Shown here piece by piece: positions 60,575-64,000 of a DNA stretch of 64,000 nt. How positions within the stretch are numbered: position 1 is the stretch's first letter; every line of letters starts with the position of its first letter. Position numbers and translations under genes: made by a program. The notes under the pieces are model-generated. The model had not been told where the DNA came from. It worked only from the letters and a program-made list of their open reading frames with translations, and made no database searches. The stretch is taken from the NCBI GenBank assembly GCA_026770705.1, contig JANJGN010000119.1, positions 868,001 to 932,000 on the forward strand, read 5' to 3'. This stretch comes from Isurus oxyrinchus (taxonomy: Eukaryota).

Positions 60575-61536
60575 TTCTGTCCTCCTACTCCTCAACCCCA
60601 ACCTATGGCAGCTCCCCATGCTCACGCAAAAGATGCAATACCTGCCCCTTCAATTCCTCTCTCCTCACAGTCCAAGGTCCAAACACTCCTTTCAAGTGAA
60701 ACAGCATTTCACTTGCATTTCCCCTAACTTAGTCTACTGCATTCGTCGCTCCCAATGCAGTTTCCTGTACATTGGAGAGACCAAACGTAAACTGGGCAAC
60801 CGCTTTGCAGAACACCTGTGGTCTGTCTGCAAGAAAGACCCAAAGCTCCCTGCCACTTGCCATTTTAACACTCCACTCTGCTCTCTTGCCCACATCTCTT
60901 TCCTTCGCTGGCTGCATTGTTGCAGTGAAGCGCGACGCAAACTGGAGGAACAGCACTTCATCTTCTGACTAGGCACTTCACAGACTTCTGGACTGAATAT
61001 TGAATTCACCAACTTTAGATCTTGAAATCCCTCCTTCATGCCCAGTCACATTACGATTCTTCCCCCTTCCTTTAGTTTTTTTCCAATAATTTATATAGAT
61101 TTTTATTTTCCCCACTATTTCCAATATTATTAAATCTATACCTTTGATGCCCTGTGAGTCTTTCCACCCCACCTCCCCTCGAGATGTACAGGGTGTCCCG
61201 CCATCCATTCTTTGTTAGCACATTCGTTTGGAAATTATCACCACTTCTCTTTGTTCTTTTATCTGCGACATCTTTTGATTATCTGCTCCTAATACTGCTT
61301 GCATGTCCTTCCAATCACCCCCCGCCCCCGCTTCTCTCCCCGCCACTCCCCCACCTTAAACCAGCTTATATGTCACCCCTCTCTTATTTTTACTTAGTTC
61401 TGCTGAAGGGTCATGAGGACTTGAAACGTCAACTCTTTTTTTCTTAGCGATGCTGCCAGACCTGCAGAGTTTTTCAAGGTATTCTGTTTCTTGTTTTGGA
61501 TTTCCAGCATCCGCAGTTTTTTTTTGTTTTTATTTC
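60575..61536 (+). mobile_element. Penelope-like retroelement family 1, 5'-truncated (GIY-YIG endonuclease + 3' UTR + pLTR)
   Basis: PCSRKRCNTCP, then FTCISPNLVYCIRRSQCSFLYIGETKRKLGNRFAEH...RKLEEQHFIF*LGT...GLN (GIY-YIG). The 3' end matches the fold-back mini-elements. Confidence 0.92.
61396..61434 (+). ncRNA. Minimal type I hammerhead ribozyme motif in the Penelope pLTR (A6 replaced by C)
   Basis: AGTT-CTGCTGA-A-GGGTC(ATGAG)GACTT-GAAACGTC-AACT, in sense orientation downstream of the GIY-YIG ORF. Confidence 0.68.
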
Positions 61537-62479
61537 TGACCTCGCATGCTCTAACGTTCCAGTGAAGCACAAAAGAAGTTGGTGGAATTTAAACTCCCAG
61601 CTTAGAAATTTTACAGCATTCTGGATGCAACTTCGAGTTCAATACTTTCGTATCAAATACTGGCATATGTTATTGCCAAGACCCGGTCGTGTCTGGTTAT
61701 CATGTTTATGATTTCGGAGAGTGTTGGCCAATATACACCTGCTCTCGACCGATACTTTCTTAGTTTAATACTATCATTACCACTCCGTTTGCATGATTTC
61801 CCATGACATCTTTGTGTTTTTTTTAAATTCCTCCTCACAAACCCAATCTTGTCCTGCCTTTCTTCTCCACGTGACTCTCGGCCATTTTTCTGCGGCATAA
61901 AATATATGAGTGTTCAACTGCACATTTATGAAAAGGCCTCAGTTAGATCTCCACATGATAGCACTTTTCTGTCGCTACAAATTCTGTCAGATCTGCTGGG
62001 TTTTTCAGCACCCCCTCTTTTTTTTATTTCAGGTCGGCACCATGCACCGTGGTTTGTTTTTATAATGTTATATTAGAGTTTTAGGCACGTGTGAAATACC
62101 TTCTTTGATAACTGCTACGTTGTCATTCTCGCTTTCCAACTTAACTTAAATTCCGATTTCACTCTTGACAATTATCCCTTCATACCGTTTGACATTTTTT
62201 TTAAGTTCAAGACTTTGTAGGTCCTCTATTTTCCACTTCAAAACAAATGGGAATTTATATAATTTTATGGTCAATCTTGTTGGAAGGATACATAATCGTG
62301 AGATCCATTCCTTCTCATTACCTCTGACATCTGTGCTTTTGTCCAGAAGGCATCGTTCTCAGTAATTATTCTATATGCATTTTCGGAACTCCCTCTCTAG
62401 TTGACTATTGACATGTCAATTCCCCCCAGCTTTGGAATATTCAAACAGCTACTGGAATATATTTGTATAAGTCCTTACG

Positions 62480-62570
62480 ATAATGGTGATGGTGACGGTA
62501 ATGATGATGATGATAATTAGTGTTATTATTATCATCATTAATACTTGTAGTTGTTAATATTACTATCATA
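62480..62570. repeat. Degenerate (GAT/TAT)n trinucleotide low-complexity tract
   Basis: GATGGTGACGGTAATGATGATGATGATAATT...TTATTATTATCATCATT. Confidence 0.75.
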
Positions 62571-63179
62571 ATTTTGATCTAACGTCTGTCCTCTAGTGTA
62601 GCTAGTGTTAGAGGGGTAAGAAACAAATTTGAACATTGACATACTTTTTCCCGAAACTTGTTATTCCAAAATAATGCCCGACCTACAATTTCTGAGCCAA
62701 GATTATTTCTTACTCCATAATTGATCTCATAATCTATTAGCTATCACATTTTACGTTATTTTGCTCCTATCATTATGAAATGGCAAATGCCCATGAAAAA
62801 TTAATTCCAGCTTGGTAACTTTGGCTCCACGTTTATGCAGTGACGTCCCTGTCATAGCCTTCTATTTTCATTTGTGTCCATCTGGACCGAACGTGATTCA
62901 AGCAAAGCGTGACCTAACAGTGCCGCGTTTATTTTCGAATTGTGGTTCTAGGACAACACGAATGAAAAACTAGTTCTCCAGTGCGAATCTTTGAACATTT
63001 CTCTCTCTCATGTTAATTACCCGACGCCAAGTTTCTAGAGGCTGAGGCAGTAATGCGCTGGTCGTTATGTTTGTGATCATTTTTTTTTCTTTTGGGACTC
63101 ATGGACTCTGTTGCACAAGTAGCATCTATCCACCCACCTGTACAATGGTCAGATCAATAAAATTTCCTTTCAACATCCC

Positions 63180-63600
63180 TCACTTGGATTCTCTCTTCAA
63201 TCACGGCTCATCTGTTAGGTAATTTCAGTTCTCATTCATACAAATTGCAGGAACCTCAATTCTACTGGATAAATCTAAGGGTTTAGGAGCATCCAATGCT
63301 ACCTTTCTGACCCCCGGGTCCCCCAGGTCTCCCTCATTCTCAGTCACACACTCTCCTGCCCTTGTCCACAGGACAATTGTGAACTACCTTACCTAAGCAA
63401 CTTTTTTTCCTCGTAGAACAATACATACAGGTGACTCCCTAAGACACTGAAGTTTCACAAACTCGAATTCCAGCTCATGAAACCTGAACCATATTTTCTG
63501 TAGCGGCTGGAATCTCCTGCACATGTAGTTGCTGTGGATGACACTGCTGTCTACCAGCTCCCACGTGTGACAACAATAACCCATCACTTGCATTGCATCT
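63180..63600 (-). mobile_element. CR1 LINE ORF1 N-terminal fragment
   Basis: CCHTWEL...NYMCRRFQPLQKIWFRFHELE...LQCLRE (ORF 63393-63593) resembles the zinc-finger/coiled-coil start of vertebrate CR1 ORF1. Confidence 0.6.
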
Positions 63601-64000
63601 CCGTTGTATTCTGTTTAATTACTTAGGATGAACAATTTAAAAATATCACTCAGTGATACACTGCAATAATATTATATAGTTTAACGAGCTTAACTGTAAA
63701 CGTAATACACCAATTTAATTCTATTTCAGATTAAACTACAGTCCTGGTTGACAGTGAAAATGAATTCATGAAACTCGCCAGCCAAACACCACTTGAATAA
63801 CATTTATTGTGCTGGAAATTGACTCTCAGGCTTCGCTGCCTCTCGCTTCAACAATCCACCTGAAGCTTGTTTTGTAAAAGATGGCAATGGAACTTTCTAC
63901 CTTCCTGTTGCAGATAACCCGACACAACAAATATCCCTGTTCAGTAATCTGTTGAAGGTGTATTATGTGGTGCTGGGCTCCATGTGACCCTCTTCAACCC

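Overview
Eukaryotic, AT-rich, repeat-dominated vertebrate DNA. The repeat families and the GPCR type point to a cartilaginous fish (shark); this is an inference from recalled family sequences. Only one host gene looks near-intact: a two-exon GPR139/GPR142-like class A GPCR on the + strand (exon 1 11266-11332, exon 2 13813-14723, 325 aa if spliced), whose expected GT donor reads GA. A paralogous GPCR pseudogene on the - strand (about 36447-48410) can be rebuilt across three nested insertions. The first is a Gmr1-type Gypsy LTR element with integrase upstream of RT (36757-47636). The second, inside it and opposite in orientation, is a degenerate retrovirus-like element with a dual RNase H, a tRNA-Asn-like PBS and a 711-bp LTR (about 37490-43719). 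The third is a fold-back Penelope mini-insertion with a 14-bp TSD. Penelope-like (GIY-YIG) elements of two families carry minimal type I hammerhead ribozyme motifs, and the better-preserved family has a pyrimidine instead of the conserved A6 in all four readable copies. The rest is CR1 and L2-like LINE fragments, tRNA-derived (DeuSINE-like) SINEs, a degenerate two-gene Harbinger transposon, a solo LTR and microsatellites. Boundaries of old repeats were judged by eye and are approximate.
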